A stretch of 64,000 bases of DNA from the NCBI GenBank assembly GCA_965207225.1, contig CBDBLV010000005.1, positions 1,120,001 through 1,184,000 of the forward strand, read 5' to 3'. Origin of the DNA: Dehalococcoidia bacterium. GTDB lineage: Bacteria; Chloroflexota; Dehalococcoidia; Plut-88900. Made by a program: the position numbers and the translations under genes. Below are positions 1 to 12,726 of this stretch, in pieces. Each line of letters begins with the position of its first letter. The stretch's first letter is position 1. The notes below the pieces were generated by a model. It was given only the letters and a program-made list of their open reading frames with translations. It was not told the origin of the DNA and did no database searches.

Positions 1-89
1 TGGTCCCGGTACTCGGGGTCGATATAGTCCTGCCAGAGGGTCGCGGGCTCCGTGATGTGGCCGTCTATGTCGATGAAGGTGGGGGTCAT
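1..89 (-). CDS. Amidohydrolase family protein, N-terminal part (truncated by window edge)
   Basis: Hand translation MTPTFIDIDGHITEPATLWQDYIDPEYRD; D-x-D-G-H-x-x-E-P motif matches the start of 55046..56179; GGAG RBS upstream. Confidence 0.8.
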   Translation of the reverse strand, partial: MTPTFIDIDGHITEPATLWQDYIDPEYRD

Positions 90-175
90 CTCCACTCTCC
101 TTAGCTACAATGCGGCTGACGATTGGAGGGAATGTTACCCAACATCCGGGGTAGGGACAATGAGGGGTTGGATAT

Positions 176-227
176 TTGATTGAATGTTGATTGAACTTTG
201 ATTGAACTCGTGGCTGGTTTGATTGAA
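176..227. repeat. Four direct repeats TTGATTGAA in helical phase
   Basis: Copies start at 176, 187, 198 and 219 (spacings 11, 11, 21). Confidence 0.75.
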
Positions 228-280
228 TGACGCCTGAAAGGGAAAAACCTGGGGGCAGGGGGAGGCCCCCAGCCCCGCGG

Positions 281-430
281 GGGAACCCTCACCCCCTTGA
301 TCCCCCTCTCCCCCTCGAGGGACTCGGGGCAGGCTCTCAGGGCCATTGAGGGAGAGGGGGAGAGAAGAACAGGGGCAGAGGTTGGCGCTATAGCGCCAAC
401 CTCTGCCTCTAGTTCAGTACTGGGGAAAGG
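281..430 (+). repeat. Composite two-hairpin repeat, copy A
   Basis: GGGAACCCTCACCCCCTT...GGGAGAGGGG...long hairpin 371-410...CTAGTTnnGTACTGGGG; homologous to 3806-3930 and 17952-18100. Confidence 0.85.
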
Positions 431-815
431 GGAGGGGATGGGGGTGTTCGATTGTGGGGATTGGGTTTGCATTGTGTTTGTTGGGGTTTGGGTCGGCGAT
501 GGAAGACGCCCAGAGGGACAAGGCCCCTGTTCCTATGGGAGCAGCTTTCGGGCGCCCGGGGTCGGGCGCAGGTTCAAGCGCCTTGTGCAGGGCCTTGACT
601 GTCAATAGGGATGACGGTCCAAGGCGCTCCCAGGGAAAGGGGAAAAGGGACAGAACGGGACAAGAAGCTATGTAATGGAACGAGGACGGGTCCAGGGCGT
701 CTATCCATCGCCTAGATGGTCAGGGAAGGGACGCGGGACCCGGTGGGGTCGGGTGGGCTTCCCTGGGTTTTTGGTTCCTCCTTGAGCTATGGAATAACAG
801 TTCGAACACAGGAAC

Positions 816-843
816 ATTTTAGCACTATTGTAATAGGAGTCAA
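816..843 (-). promoter_or_regulatory. Putative sigma70 promoter TTGACT-N16-TAAAAT
   Basis: Near-consensus hexamers in an AT-rich patch; no clear gene directly downstream. Confidence 0.4.
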
Positions 844-912
844 GGGAGTTTTGGTCGGGGCTTTGGGGGCGATCAGCCAGCCATCCCTACGGGAAGGGAA
901 CGCCCGACCCAG

Positions 913-998
913 TTCCGTTCGGTCAACCCTTCGACTACGCTCAGGGCGAACGGAACCCCCACCCAAGGGATGGATTCCCGATCAGGGTCGGGAATGAC
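913..998. repeat. REP-like palindromes (CCCTTCGACTACGCTCAGGGCGAACGG and GGATTCCCG...CGGGAATGAC types)
   Basis: Related hairpins near 3940, 8574, 22735, 29521 and 57670. Confidence 0.7.
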
Positions 999-1009
999 GG
1001 AGGGGGCCG

Positions 1010-1858
1010 CTACTTCTCGAAGCCATGCTTTCGCCTGTGCCATCTGAGATACTTTTTGTCTGGTTGGAACCCCTTGATTGGCTTACCCTCATCCTTCAAA
1101 AGCATCTCGTAGAGTCGTCCGTCTTGAGAAGAAGCCAACCCTTGGCTAACCTTAAGCTTGTAGTTGTCGTCGAAGGTAATCAGCCCCCGGTCAAAAGCCT
1201 TGTCATACAAAGCATTCAACAGCAGCCCATTTTGGGGGATCAATCTTTCGTGCTCCTCTGACTCCGACCAGGGCTTGATGTGACTGGCAATCAACAGTTT
1301 CTCGTTGCTTATGCCAGTTATGCAGCACTGGGGGCCATACACTTCCAGTAGCCCATCTCGGAAAACTCCCTGGTTCACCCGGGCCTTAACGACGGCTTCT
1401 CTTTCCTTTCCTTTGATCCCTTGGCGACCCAGCAGACCTGAAAGCGCGTTAATCTTCTTCCGCTCCTCTTCTAGATCTTTCTGGGTTGGGCCGGTCTTCC
1501 TAGGCTTAGGAACCGGAGGACTTACTAAGCGTTCAATCCCCGATGGAAGGGGTACGGGGATGTCATCCCGAATTCTTCCTTTTATTCTCTTGCCACCGTA
1601 CTTTACGGGCAGCTCCACCTTATGGTTATCGATACGATACTTGAAGACCTTGCGGCCTTCCCTACCAAACTTCCTAACCAGCTTGTTCGCCAAGTCAAGC
1701 CATTCTCTCCCTCCACCTAGTCTTGTATTCTTCCATTGGTGTGTATTCTCTACAATCCTCCTAGACTGCTCGCTTTCCGCACGAACCGCACCAACGAACG
1801 ACATGGCAGCCACATATACCTTGCCATCTATCTCGAAATAAAAAGTCTTCTCTGCCAT
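1010..1858 (-). CDS. HNH endonuclease (HNH_2 type) with unknown N-terminal region
   Basis: RVNQGVFR...CCITG...ASHIKPW...NGLLL...DKAFDRGLITFD...YLRWHR; lower GC than flanks. Confidence 0.85.
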   Translation of the reverse strand: MAEKTFYFEIDGKVYVAAMSFVGAVRAESEQSRRIVENTHQWKNTRLGGGREWLDLANKLVRKFGREGRKVFKYRIDNHKVELPVKYGGKRIKGRIRDDIPVPLPSGIERLVSPPVPKPRKTGPTQKDLEEERKKINALSGLLGRQGIKGKEREAVVKARVNQGVFRDGLLEVYGPQCCITGISNEKLLIASHIKPWSESEEHERLIPQNGLLLNALYDKAFDRGLITFDDNYKLKVSQGLASSQDGRLYEMLLKDEGKPIKGFQPDKKYLRWHRRKHGFEK

Positions 1859-1897
1859 GTCTGTTCCTTAATTGCTTGTACCATAAACTACTGCTTT

Positions 1898-2824
1898 TCA
1901 AAAGACGGCGATGGGGTTGGCGGGGGAGCCGGTGGCGGCCTGGAAGCGAAGGGGGGCTATGACGAGCATGAATTCCCATCGGTTTCTTTGGGCGCAGGCC
2001 TGGGCTACTTCTTCGAGGTTCATGTTGTCTATGAGCCAGAGGCCGAGGGTGGGAATGCCGATCTCGTGGTTTGGCTCTCCGATGTTCTGGTAGCCGCTGG
2101 GGGAGACCTCGTTGTTCTGGTCTCCGCCGAGCATGGCGATGTCTCGCTCTTTGAACCAGGGGACGCAGGACACATGGGGGCCGGGCCTGGGGTCGGAGGT
2201 GTCGGTAACGTCGCCGTCATAGTAGCGGGCGAGGTGGCCGGTGCGGATGAGGAGTACGTCTCCGGATTCCACGCGGACATCTTCAGCGGACTCGGCTTCT
2301 TCGAGCATGTCGGGGGTGATGGGGAGGGGGGTCTCGATGCGGTCGACGCCCCGGAGCCGGGCGATGTCGAGGAGGACGCCCCGGGTGACGACGCCCTGGG
2401 AGAGGAGGGTTATGGACTCGGCTTCTGCGCCATTTTCGCTGTTCACGAGGTTGGCGGGATGGCCGTTGTACATCTTGCCGCCGGTGAAGACGTGGCAAAG
2501 GGCGTCGACGTGGGTGATGCAGTTTCCGTGATAGGCCAATCCCATGAAGTCGCCGGACCAGGTGGCGTTTTCGCCGGCCTCTCCGGTTGCGGTCATGTAG
2601 TGGAGGACCCGGGACATGTGCTCGCCGGGGAGGTCGGGCTTGATGGTCCAGGCGCAGGATACCGAGACGCCGTCCCTGACCAGCGAGGCCGCCTGCTTCC
2701 TCTTCTCTTCCGTAACCAAGTTTACGGTGCCGAGCTGGTCCTCGGGGCCCCAGCGGCCCCAGTTGGAGCAGGTCTCGGCGTAGGAGAGGACTTCACCTTC
2801 GGTGGGGAAGCTGAGTTGGGTCAT
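1898..2824 (-). CDS. Cyclase family metal-dependent hydrolase (kynurenine formamidase-like)
   Basis: NWGRWGPEDQLGTVN, HxxxxTHVDALCH, GDVLLIRTG and GSPANPIAVF motifs. Confidence 0.9.
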   Translation of the reverse strand: MTQLSFPTEGEVLSYAETCSNWGRWGPEDQLGTVNLVTEEKRKQAASLVRDGVSVSCAWTIKPDLPGEHMSRVLHYMTATGEAGENATWSGDFMGLAYHGNCITHVDALCHVFTGGKMYNGHPANLVNSENGAEAESITLLSQGVVTRGVLLDIARLRGVDRIETPLPITPDMLEEAESAEDVRVESGDVLLIRTGHLARYYDGDVTDTSDPRPGPHVSCVPWFKERDIAMLGGDQNNEVSPSGYQNIGEPNHEIGIPTLGLWLIDNMNLEEVAQACAQRNRWEFMLVIAPLRFQAATGSPANPIAVF

Positions 2825-2939
2825 GGTTACGCTCCATTCTCGGACTTCACAGGATGAACAGGGGCTGCCTCATCATAGGGTCGGGGGCAAGGGTGTCAAG
2901 TTGGGTGTCGGTGGCCGGGCCGTATAGTACACTGGCCGC

Positions 2940-3497
2940 ATGGAAGCGCCGGTGACCCGAAAGTCGGGACGAAAGATGGACGTGCATCTGCAGCAGATGG
3001 CGGAGTTCATCAGCTTCACAGAGGAGGATGCGGAGCTTATCCGGGCCACGGGGCCGACGGTCATTGCCCACGCCGACGAGGTGACGAAAGTCGTTTACGA
3101 CCACCTGCTGGAACAGCCCGGCACCTACAACTTCTTCCGCAAGGAAGACGGCACGATCGACGAGGAGCGGGTGGAGAACCGGCGGAAGGGGCTGGCGCGG
3201 TGGCTGGCGCGCACTGCGGACGCCAAGCTGGACTACTCCTTTGCCTGGCACATGGTGGCGATGGGGATTGCGCACAGCCACCGGATGCAGAAGCCGATGG
3301 GTCGGGTGCCGGGGCCGTTCATGGTGGGAACGATGAGCTTTGTCCAGACAACCGTGAGCCAGATCCTGATGGAAGACCTGGAGGACAAGGGGCTGGCGTC
3401 CCGGGCGGCGATAGCGTGGAACAAGATCCTGATGCTGGAGCTGGACCTGCTGTTGACGGGGTACTATTCGGTTACGCCGCCGCCCGATAGCCAGTGA
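2940..3497 (+). CDS. Single-domain sensor globin / protoglobin-like protein
   Basis: FISFTEEDAELI, VYDHLL, proximal His in MGIAH, AWNKIL helix; start may be 2976. Confidence 0.8.
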   Translation: MEAPVTRKSGRKMDVHLQQMAEFISFTEEDAELIRATGPTVIAHADEVTKVVYDHLLEQPGTYNFFRKEDGTIDEERVENRRKGLARWLARTADAKLDYSFAWHMVAMGIAHSHRMQKPMGRVPGPFMVGTMSFVQTTVSQILMEDLEDKGLASRAAIAWNKILMLELDLLLTGYYSVTPPPDSQ

Positions 3498-3841
3498 CGT
3501 ACCTGGAGAACTTCAGGGAGCGGCGCAGCCAGGACCGGGGAGATGAGGGAGACCCACCGCTTTTCGCGCTCGGGGCGCGGGTGAGGGTGACGTTGTATCC
3601 CGTCGATTCGACGCTGGTTGGGGAGACAGGGTCGGTGCGGTCTGTGCGGGGGAGGTACGGGAGGCGGGGGTCGGAGGCGAGCACGGGGGCGATGCTGGCG
3701 TCTCCGGGGGAGTACCTGTATGAGGTTGCGCTGGATGAACCGCCTGCTAACAAGCCGAGGAGTATTTCGGTTAGGGAGTCGGGGTTGAGGTGGCTCCATT
3801 CACCAGGGAACCCTCACCCCCTTTATCCCCCTCTCCCTTAG
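3494..3841 (+). CDS. Hypothetical protein
   Basis: GTGA overlap with the globin stop; 3' end runs into repeat copy B; no recognisable family. Confidence 0.4.
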   Translation: MTYLENFRERRSQDRGDEGDPPLFALGARVRVTLYPVDSTLVGETGSVRSVRGRYGRRGSEASTGAMLASPGEYLYEVALDEPPANKPRSISVRESGLRWLHSPGNPHPLYPPLP

Positions 3842-3930
3842 GGCCATCAAGGGAGGGGGGGAAGAAAAAACAGAGGCATGCACCTGCGCCAAGGCGCAGG
3901 TGCATGCCTCTAGTTTGGTACTGGGGGAAC
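3806..3930 (+). repeat. Composite two-hairpin repeat, copy B (lacks nested unit)
   Basis: Same scaffold as copies A and C; hairpin 3872-3911. Confidence 0.85.
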
Positions 3931-4003
3931 GGGGGGATGGATTCCGGGTCGGGGGCCGGAATGAGCGATATACGAAGGGCTATTGATGGGATAGGGAGAG
4001 CGC

Positions 4004-4759
4004 CTAACTCGGCTTTATGGCTATGAAGTCCATGTCTCGGATTGCGGGTGGGTAGCCGGCGGACTGGGTGTCTTTCATGATGCGGACTTCTGCGAATCCG
4101 GCGGATGCCAGGCGGTCCAGATATTGCTCCCTGAGGTCTGCGCCGCTGACGCAAGCTACCCACTGGGACATGTCGGACTGGATGTCGGGTGGGAGGGCTT
4201 CTGCAAGCACCATGTCGGATATGTACATGCGGCCGCCGGGCTTCAGGATGCGGAAGGCCTCGCGGAAGACGGCGTCCTTGTCGGGGGCGAGGGTGATGAC
4301 GCAGTTCGAGATTATGACGTCGGTGGTCGCGTCCTCGAGGGGGGTGTTTTCCATCTCGGCGAGGTGGAACTCGACGTTGGAGAGGCCGAGCTTGTCGCGG
4401 TTCTTGTTGGCGAGGGCGATCATGTCGGGGGTCATGTCTATGCCGATGACCCGACCTTCTGGCCCGACCTGCTGGGCGGCAAGGAAGCAGTCGATGCCGC
4501 CGCCGCTGCCGAAGTCGACCACCGTTTCACCTTCGTTGAGGGAGGCGAGGGCAGTCGGGTTTCCGCACCCGGCGGAGGCCTGTACGGCCTCGGTTGGGAG
4601 AGTACCTACTTCTTCCGCGCTGTAGAGCGTCGTCTCACAGCAGGTGTTTGCCCCACAACAGTCGGTCGCCTGGGGTAGTTCGCCGGTCGCGCCTCGGGCG
4701 AGGCTCCCGTAGTGATCCTTGACCAGCTCTTTGATTTTGCCTTCTTCTACGTTGACCAT
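4004..4759 (-). CDS. arsM: Arsenite S-adenosylmethyltransferase
   Basis: N-terminal CC, GCGNP, DFGSGGGIDC, SNCV and WVACV conserved Cys pattern. Confidence 0.9.
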   Translation of the reverse strand: MVNVEEGKIKELVKDHYGSLARGATGELPQATDCCGANTCCETTLYSAEEVGTLPTEAVQASAGCGNPTALASLNEGETVVDFGSGGGIDCFLAAQQVGPEGRVIGIDMTPDMIALANKNRDKLGLSNVEFHLAEMENTPLEDATTDVIISNCVITLAPDKDAVFREAFRILKPGGRMYISDMVLAEALPPDIQSDMSQWVACVSGADLREQYLDRLASAGFAEVRIMKDTQSAGYPPAIRDMDFIAIKPS

Positions 4760-4856
4760 TTTCGTGTACTCCTAAATGCCCTGCTCAGTCTCTGATTCCA
4801 CATGGCGCTATTGCCTAAGGTCACAGGTTGGGAATCATTGCATTTATCTCGTTTTG

Positions 4857-6230
4857 TCATTGAAGTGGAACCTCTCTTTCAAGAAGCTGAGTGGCTAGTC
4901 GCAAGTCTTTAAAGTAACCCGATGTAGGCGAAATGTTAGATTCTCTGGTAGCTCTATCTACTATCATCCGTGAGTAGTCAACTGTCACATTACCATCAGC
5001 CAATTCTTTCTCGGCCATCTCTTCATGGTAGCCATACAACTCTGATGTGGTGACCGGGAGACTGTAGAAAGGAGGGATTGTTTCCCCAGATAAAAGACAT
5101 GAAGTCTTGATTAATGTTAATTCCAGCTCCTGAGCACACGCGTTTTCATGCATTTGTCTAGGAGCACGGAGACCGTTGCAGGATCCCTTCTCAAAGACAG
5201 CGTCAGCCATCGCCTTGTCCGAGATCTCTCCTACAATAAATCGTCTGTATTCTACGGGTGCAATAGAGCGGGCGATCCACAAGTGAGTCAAAGTATAGAG
5301 TGGTGGTTGAGGATGAGAATTCACAATTGAACTGAGGTGTTGAACCGACTTGTCTACCTCCCTAAGGCTCAAACCTGATGCATTGAGAAACAGCAAGGCA
5401 CTTGAAATGTTACGTGGAATAATAGAGCCGAGCGCAGTTTCTATATATTGCAAGCGCTTTGATGTGGGTAGGGTGAAAACGTCATCAAAAAATCTTTCCA
5501 AGTAACCCTCAGCGTTAAACCCTTGTCCATAGAATGATCTGATCGAGTGTGTCAACTCAGAGAGGTTTACAGCAACAACGAATACTACATTATCAGTATG
5601 AAAAACATGTTCTAATAATTGTAGCATGTCCACGGCATATTCGGGATTACACCTGTCCAACTCGTCAATCAACACGACAGTGGGAAGATTGGACCAGCTC
5701 CTTGCTGCATCTGATAAAGCCAGGGCAAAGTCCTCAGTAGATTCCAGCTTAGGTTCTACTTTTTCGTTAGTTTTGGTGCCAATAGTATGTCTCGCTGCTT
5801 GAAGCACCAATTCAGTTGCTTGAGGGTCATGCTCAAGTTCAGGTTGAAGGAGCGACAACAACTTAACACCTTGTGAAACTAGAGGAATTGAGTTATGAAG
5901 GAAGGATATTATCCGCTGATGAGACGGCCCTCGGTTATCGAGAGAAACCTGCACCTGCCGTAGAATCTCCCTTGTAAGAATGTCGAAAGGATCTGATTGA
6001 GAGAATTTCCATGCATTGAACTCAACAACTTTCACGCACTCGCCTCGTAGAAAGGCGGCCAACAGTGCCAGAAAAGTTGACTTGCCAGTACCCCATTGGC
6101 CGTCGATAGCTACGGCTTGAGGACTTCGAGACAATAGAGCCTGAGTATGGGCAGCAATTGCTGGCTCTAGCCCTAGGCGGTCATTCTTGAATATATCGTC
6201 GCTAGGAATTTCAATTAGGGAAGAGGGCAT
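4857..6230 (-). CDS. KAP family P-loop NTPase
   Basis: Walker A GQWGTGKS, FNAW, Walker B VVLIDELDRC, YLERFFD; lower GC. Confidence 0.9.
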   Translation of the reverse strand: MPSSLIEIPSDDIFKNDRLGLEPAIAAHTQALLSRSPQAVAIDGQWGTGKSTFLALLAAFLRGECVKVVEFNAWKFSQSDPFDILTREILRQVQVSLDNRGPSHQRIISFLHNSIPLVSQGVKLLSLLQPELEHDPQATELVLQAARHTIGTKTNEKVEPKLESTEDFALALSDAARSWSNLPTVVLIDELDRCNPEYAVDMLQLLEHVFHTDNVVFVVAVNLSELTHSIRSFYGQGFNAEGYLERFFDDVFTLPTSKRLQYIETALGSIIPRNISSALLFLNASGLSLREVDKSVQHLSSIVNSHPQPPLYTLTHLWIARSIAPVEYRRFIVGEISDKAMADAVFEKGSCNGLRAPRQMHENACAQELELTLIKTSCLLSGETIPPFYSLPVTTSELYGYHEEMAEKELADGNVTVDYSRMIVDRATRESNISPTSGYFKDLRLATQLLEREVPLQ

Positions 6231-6318
6231 AACTTACGTGGATTCCTCATGTTAAGTGATTTCCGTACTGCGCATTTGATACATTCTATCTTGCATATCT
6301 CCTCGCTTCTCCGTGACA

Positions 6319-7713
6319 TTACCTGGGTGACCAGAAGGCGAGGTTGCCGGGGGCAATGACAAGCGGGGGAGCATTTCCGTCGACGGAGATGACCTGGATG
6401 GTGCTTCCTCCCGAGCCGTTGGAATCCGGGGCCCGGCCCGAGTAGACGAGGGCCTGGCTGTCGGGGGACCAGAGCTGGTTGGAGTAGGCGTACTGGTCGA
6501 AGAAGGCGAACATGACGAAGAGCTGCTCGTGGGAGGGTATGAAGTCGGTGAGCTTCCTTTCGCTGCGGCCAGTGCGGTCGTTAACGTACCAGGAGATCTT
6601 GGAGGTTGAACGGTCGACGACGACGTAGGCGATCTTCGAGCCGTCGGGAGACCAGAAGAATGCCAATACTTCGCGGGTCGTGATCTGTCTCTTATCTCCA
6701 GTATCTGCATCAAAGATCTTGAGTCCGGCGTAGGTGGGTATGCCGAGGCTGCGCCCCGGCCCCAGTTCCGTATAGGCGATTTCGCTGGCGGTGGGAGACC
6801 AGAGGAAAACCGAGAGCGCGTCGACCCTGTCCACCTCCGTCACCGATGTTCCCTGTACGCCGGATACCACAAGCTTTTCGCCACCCTGCAGATCGTTCAC
6901 GTAGGCGATACGGGTGCTGTCGGGGCTCCAGGCGGGGGTCCTGTAGGAGAAGGAGTCGGCGTTGAGGGAGGCCCTGGCAAAGTTGTTGCGGGTGTCGACG
7001 AGGTCGAGGTCCTGCACGAGGTGGTGGAGAAGGAACCGGCCATCGGGGGACCAGGCCATGTAGGAAGGGGCGCCGAAGGAAACGATATCGGGGTGGTGGG
7101 GATCTGCAGTCTCGATCATGTAGAGGACAAGAGACTCGGGGGTGGGGGCCAGGAAGGCAATCCTGTCGCTCTGAGGAGACCAGTAGACGTAGTGGGGGCT
7201 GCGCTGGGCCACGAAGCGGCCTATGGTGTCCTCGGGGTCTTCGAAGACCTTGTCGGGGAGGCCGCCGGGGATGTCGACCAGCCAGAGGGCACCGGGGAAG
7301 TCGCCGTTGGCCGAGTAGGAGGTAAAGGCGAGCTTCGAGGCATCGGGGGACCAGGTGGGCCAGTTGTAGATGGTGTGGTTGTCAAAGAAACCACCTCCGA
7401 CCAATGACGCCGTTTCCCCGGCCATGGGAATCGAAACTATCTGCTGGTCGGAGCCATCGGGGCGGATGGTGTAGATGTTGTCGTCCTGTCCGACAAAGGC
7501 GATGAGGTCCACTGCTTCCTCCGGTTGCTTGGTGGGGGTGGGCACGGGCGTTGGCTCCGGGGTTGCCGTGGGGGTTGGGGAGGGGGGAGGCGGGGGTGTG
7601 GGGGTGTCCTCCGGGGTCTCGCCAGCGCCTCCGCAGGCCAGAATTACGAGAGCCAAGGCCATGATGAGAACAATCAACACGGGCCCCAACCCCAAGCGAC
7701 GGCATCGGGTCAC
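6319..7713 (-). CDS. TolB-like beta-propeller lipoprotein
   Basis: Lipobox ILAC, Pro/Thr linker, repeated WSPD motifs; GTG start overlapping the pyrK stop. Confidence 0.8.
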   Translation of the reverse strand: MTRCRRLGLGPVLIVLIMALALVILACGGAGETPEDTPTPPPPPSPTPTATPEPTPVPTPTKQPEEAVDLIAFVGQDDNIYTIRPDGSDQQIVSIPMAGETASLVGGGFFDNHTIYNWPTWSPDASKLAFTSYSANGDFPGALWLVDIPGGLPDKVFEDPEDTIGRFVAQRSPHYVYWSPQSDRIAFLAPTPESLVLYMIETADPHHPDIVSFGAPSYMAWSPDGRFLLHHLVQDLDLVDTRNNFARASLNADSFSYRTPAWSPDSTRIAYVNDLQGGEKLVVSGVQGTSVTEVDRVDALSVFLWSPTASEIAYTELGPGRSLGIPTYAGLKIFDADTGDKRQITTREVLAFFWSPDGSKIAYVVVDRSTSKISWYVNDRTGRSERKLTDFIPSHEQLFVMFAFFDQYAYSNQLWSPDSQALVYSGRAPDSNGSGGSTIQVISVDGNAPPLVIAPGNLAFWSPR

Positions 7714-8528
7714 AGCTCGGTCCAATTCACTTCGTTGAGGTCGAACATCGGGCCCTGGGTGCATACCATCTTGCGTCCGGAGTGAGTAGCGACTGCGCAG
7801 CCGTAGCAGATGCCGAAGCCGCAGGCCATGCGCACCTCCAGGAGGACCTGGGTGGGGGTGGAGATGTCATGGGCGCGCCAAGTCTCCCATATCGCGCGGT
7901 ACATGGGGACGGGGCCGCAGAAGAAGGCCTGATCGGCGCCTTGCATTGCGGCGGGAAGGGCCTCGGTTATGAGGCCGGTCTCGCCGGCGGAGCCGTCCTC
8001 GGTGACTTCGATGATGGTGACGCCATCGGGGATCCAGTCGCTGGGGTAGAGGAGGGAGGCGTTGCGGGCGGCGGAGACGATGGTTACTTCCCTACCTGCT
8101 GCCATGGCCTGGTCAGCGAGGGCGATCAGGGGTGCAAGCCCCGTGCCTCCGCCGCCCATTACCAATCGCCGCGCGGAAGGTTCGATGCGGTAGCCATGGC
8201 CCAGAGGGCCGAGCATTTTAAGCTCGTCGCCCGGGGCACGGCTGGAGAGCCAGTTCCGGGCGGGGCTGCCGGCGTTGAAGAGCAGGGCCACGGAATCGGG
8301 GGTGATCCAGTCGGAGGCAAAGGTGGGGTCGGCGGCGAGGAGGTCTGGGCCGTAGCGGTGGATGCTAATGGCCCTGCGGAGATGGGGGTCGGTGGTGTCT
8401 CCGCACTCGGCCATGACGAACTCACCGGGGGTGCGGCTTTCGGCGACGGGAGGGGAGTCCACCCAGAGGCAGTGGACGCCCGGGGCGAGGGTGTGGTTGG
8501 CGAGGACTTTGGCGAAGGTGTCTTGCAT
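7710..8528 (-). CDS. pyrK: Dihydroorotate dehydrogenase electron transfer subunit
   Basis: RRAISI, GPLGHG, GGGTGLAP, CGP, MACGFGICYGC...C [2Fe-2S] motif; pyr operon context. Confidence 0.9.
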   Translation of the reverse strand: MQDTFAKVLANHTLAPGVHCLWVDSPPVAESRTPGEFVMAECGDTTDPHLRRAISIHRYGPDLLAADPTFASDWITPDSVALLFNAGSPARNWLSSRAPGDELKMLGPLGHGYRIEPSARRLVMGGGGTGLAPLIALADQAMAAGREVTIVSAARNASLLYPSDWIPDGVTIIEVTEDGSAGETGLITEALPAAMQGADQAFFCGPVPMYRAIWETWRAHDISTPTQVLLEVRMACGFGICYGCAVATHSGRKMVCTQGPMFDLNEVNWTEL

Positions 8529-8557
8529 TATGTTGCCCTAGCGTAACCTGTTGCTAC

Positions 8558-8627
8558 GGGGAGCCTCTCCCAGAATCCGCTCGACCCTTCGAGTGGCCTC
8601 AGGATGAGCGGATTCTGCCCCACCCCA
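8558..8627. repeat. ~70-bp palindromic repeat, near-identical to 29504-29573
   Basis: AATCCGCTCGACCCTTCGAGyGGCCTCAGGATGAGCGGATT hairpin core. Confidence 0.85.
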
Positions 8628-8670
8628 CGAACGGCAGGGACATTTGGTATTGGGTTGTGCAAAAGGTTCG

Positions 8671-11964
<3,294 letters not shown>

Positions 11965-11965
11965 T

Positions 11966-12682
11966 CTAACGGCGCTCCATAGCGTGCTCCGCCAGGAGCA
12001 TCAACGGTAGTTCGGACAGGGAAGTGATCACGGCAAAAGGCAGGGATTGGGGGTTGGTGGAGTTGCGGTCCAGCCAGGCGGGAACGGCGCCGGCGTCAAA
12101 TGCGCCCCAGGCGTCGTTTTCAAGGGAATCGCCGACGTGGAGAAGCCGGTGGGGCTCGCAGCCGGCCTCACGCATGGTGATTTGGAATATGCGGGGGTCG
12201 GGCTTGTCCATCGCGTCGTAGTCCTGGGAGAAGACCTCGAAGGAGACCAGGTCCTCGATGCCCAGGACCCTGGCCCGGCTGTTCCCGTTGGAGAGAAGAC
12301 CGAGTTTGTAGTGAGGGGCGAGCTGTTCGAGGGCAGGACGGACGTCGGGAAAGAGGGTGCGGGCCTCGTTGCGGCGCTGGAAGTAGAACCGGGTCAGGTG
12401 GGAGCCGAGGGCGTCGTTGGGCCTGCCAACCTCGCGGAGGGCACGGCGCATGGACTCCTCGCGGATGGCGTCGAGGTCGTTGACCGTGCCCCACAAGTCG
12501 GCGTGGGTCCGGTCGCGGATGTGGATCATCATGTCAACGGTGAGGCTGGCAGCGGCGCGGGGATCATGGTTAGGGAGTTCGGCGAGGGTTTGATGGAGGG
12601 CCTGTCGGGTGAAGGTCTCGAAGTCCCAGAGGGTGCCGTCGACATCGAAGGAGATGGCGGTGATGTGGGAGAGGTTGGTCAC
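11966..12682 (-). CDS. HAD family hydrolase (possible nucleotidase)
   Basis: FDVDGTL, LSNG, KPDP and HVGDSLEND motifs. Confidence 0.9.
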   Translation of the reverse strand: MTNLSHITAISFDVDGTLWDFETFTRQALHQTLAELPNHDPRAAASLTVDMMIHIRDRTHADLWGTVNDLDAIREESMRRALREVGRPNDALGSHLTRFYFQRRNEARTLFPDVRPALEQLAPHYKLGLLSNGNSRARVLGIEDLVSFEVFSQDYDAMDKPDPRIFQITMREAGCEPHRLLHVGDSLENDAWGAFDAGAVPAWLDRNSTNPQSLPFAVITSLSELPLMLLAEHAMERR

Positions 12683-12726
12683 GGTTGGTTGAAGTCCCTT
12701 GTTTTGTACATTACAGGTCCGGAGGT

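Noticed and set aside
101-997. Short ORFs 101..472, 297..608, 414..605, 454..675 and 716..997
   Set aside because: They overlap repeat elements or each other and show no family motifs or convincing RBS.
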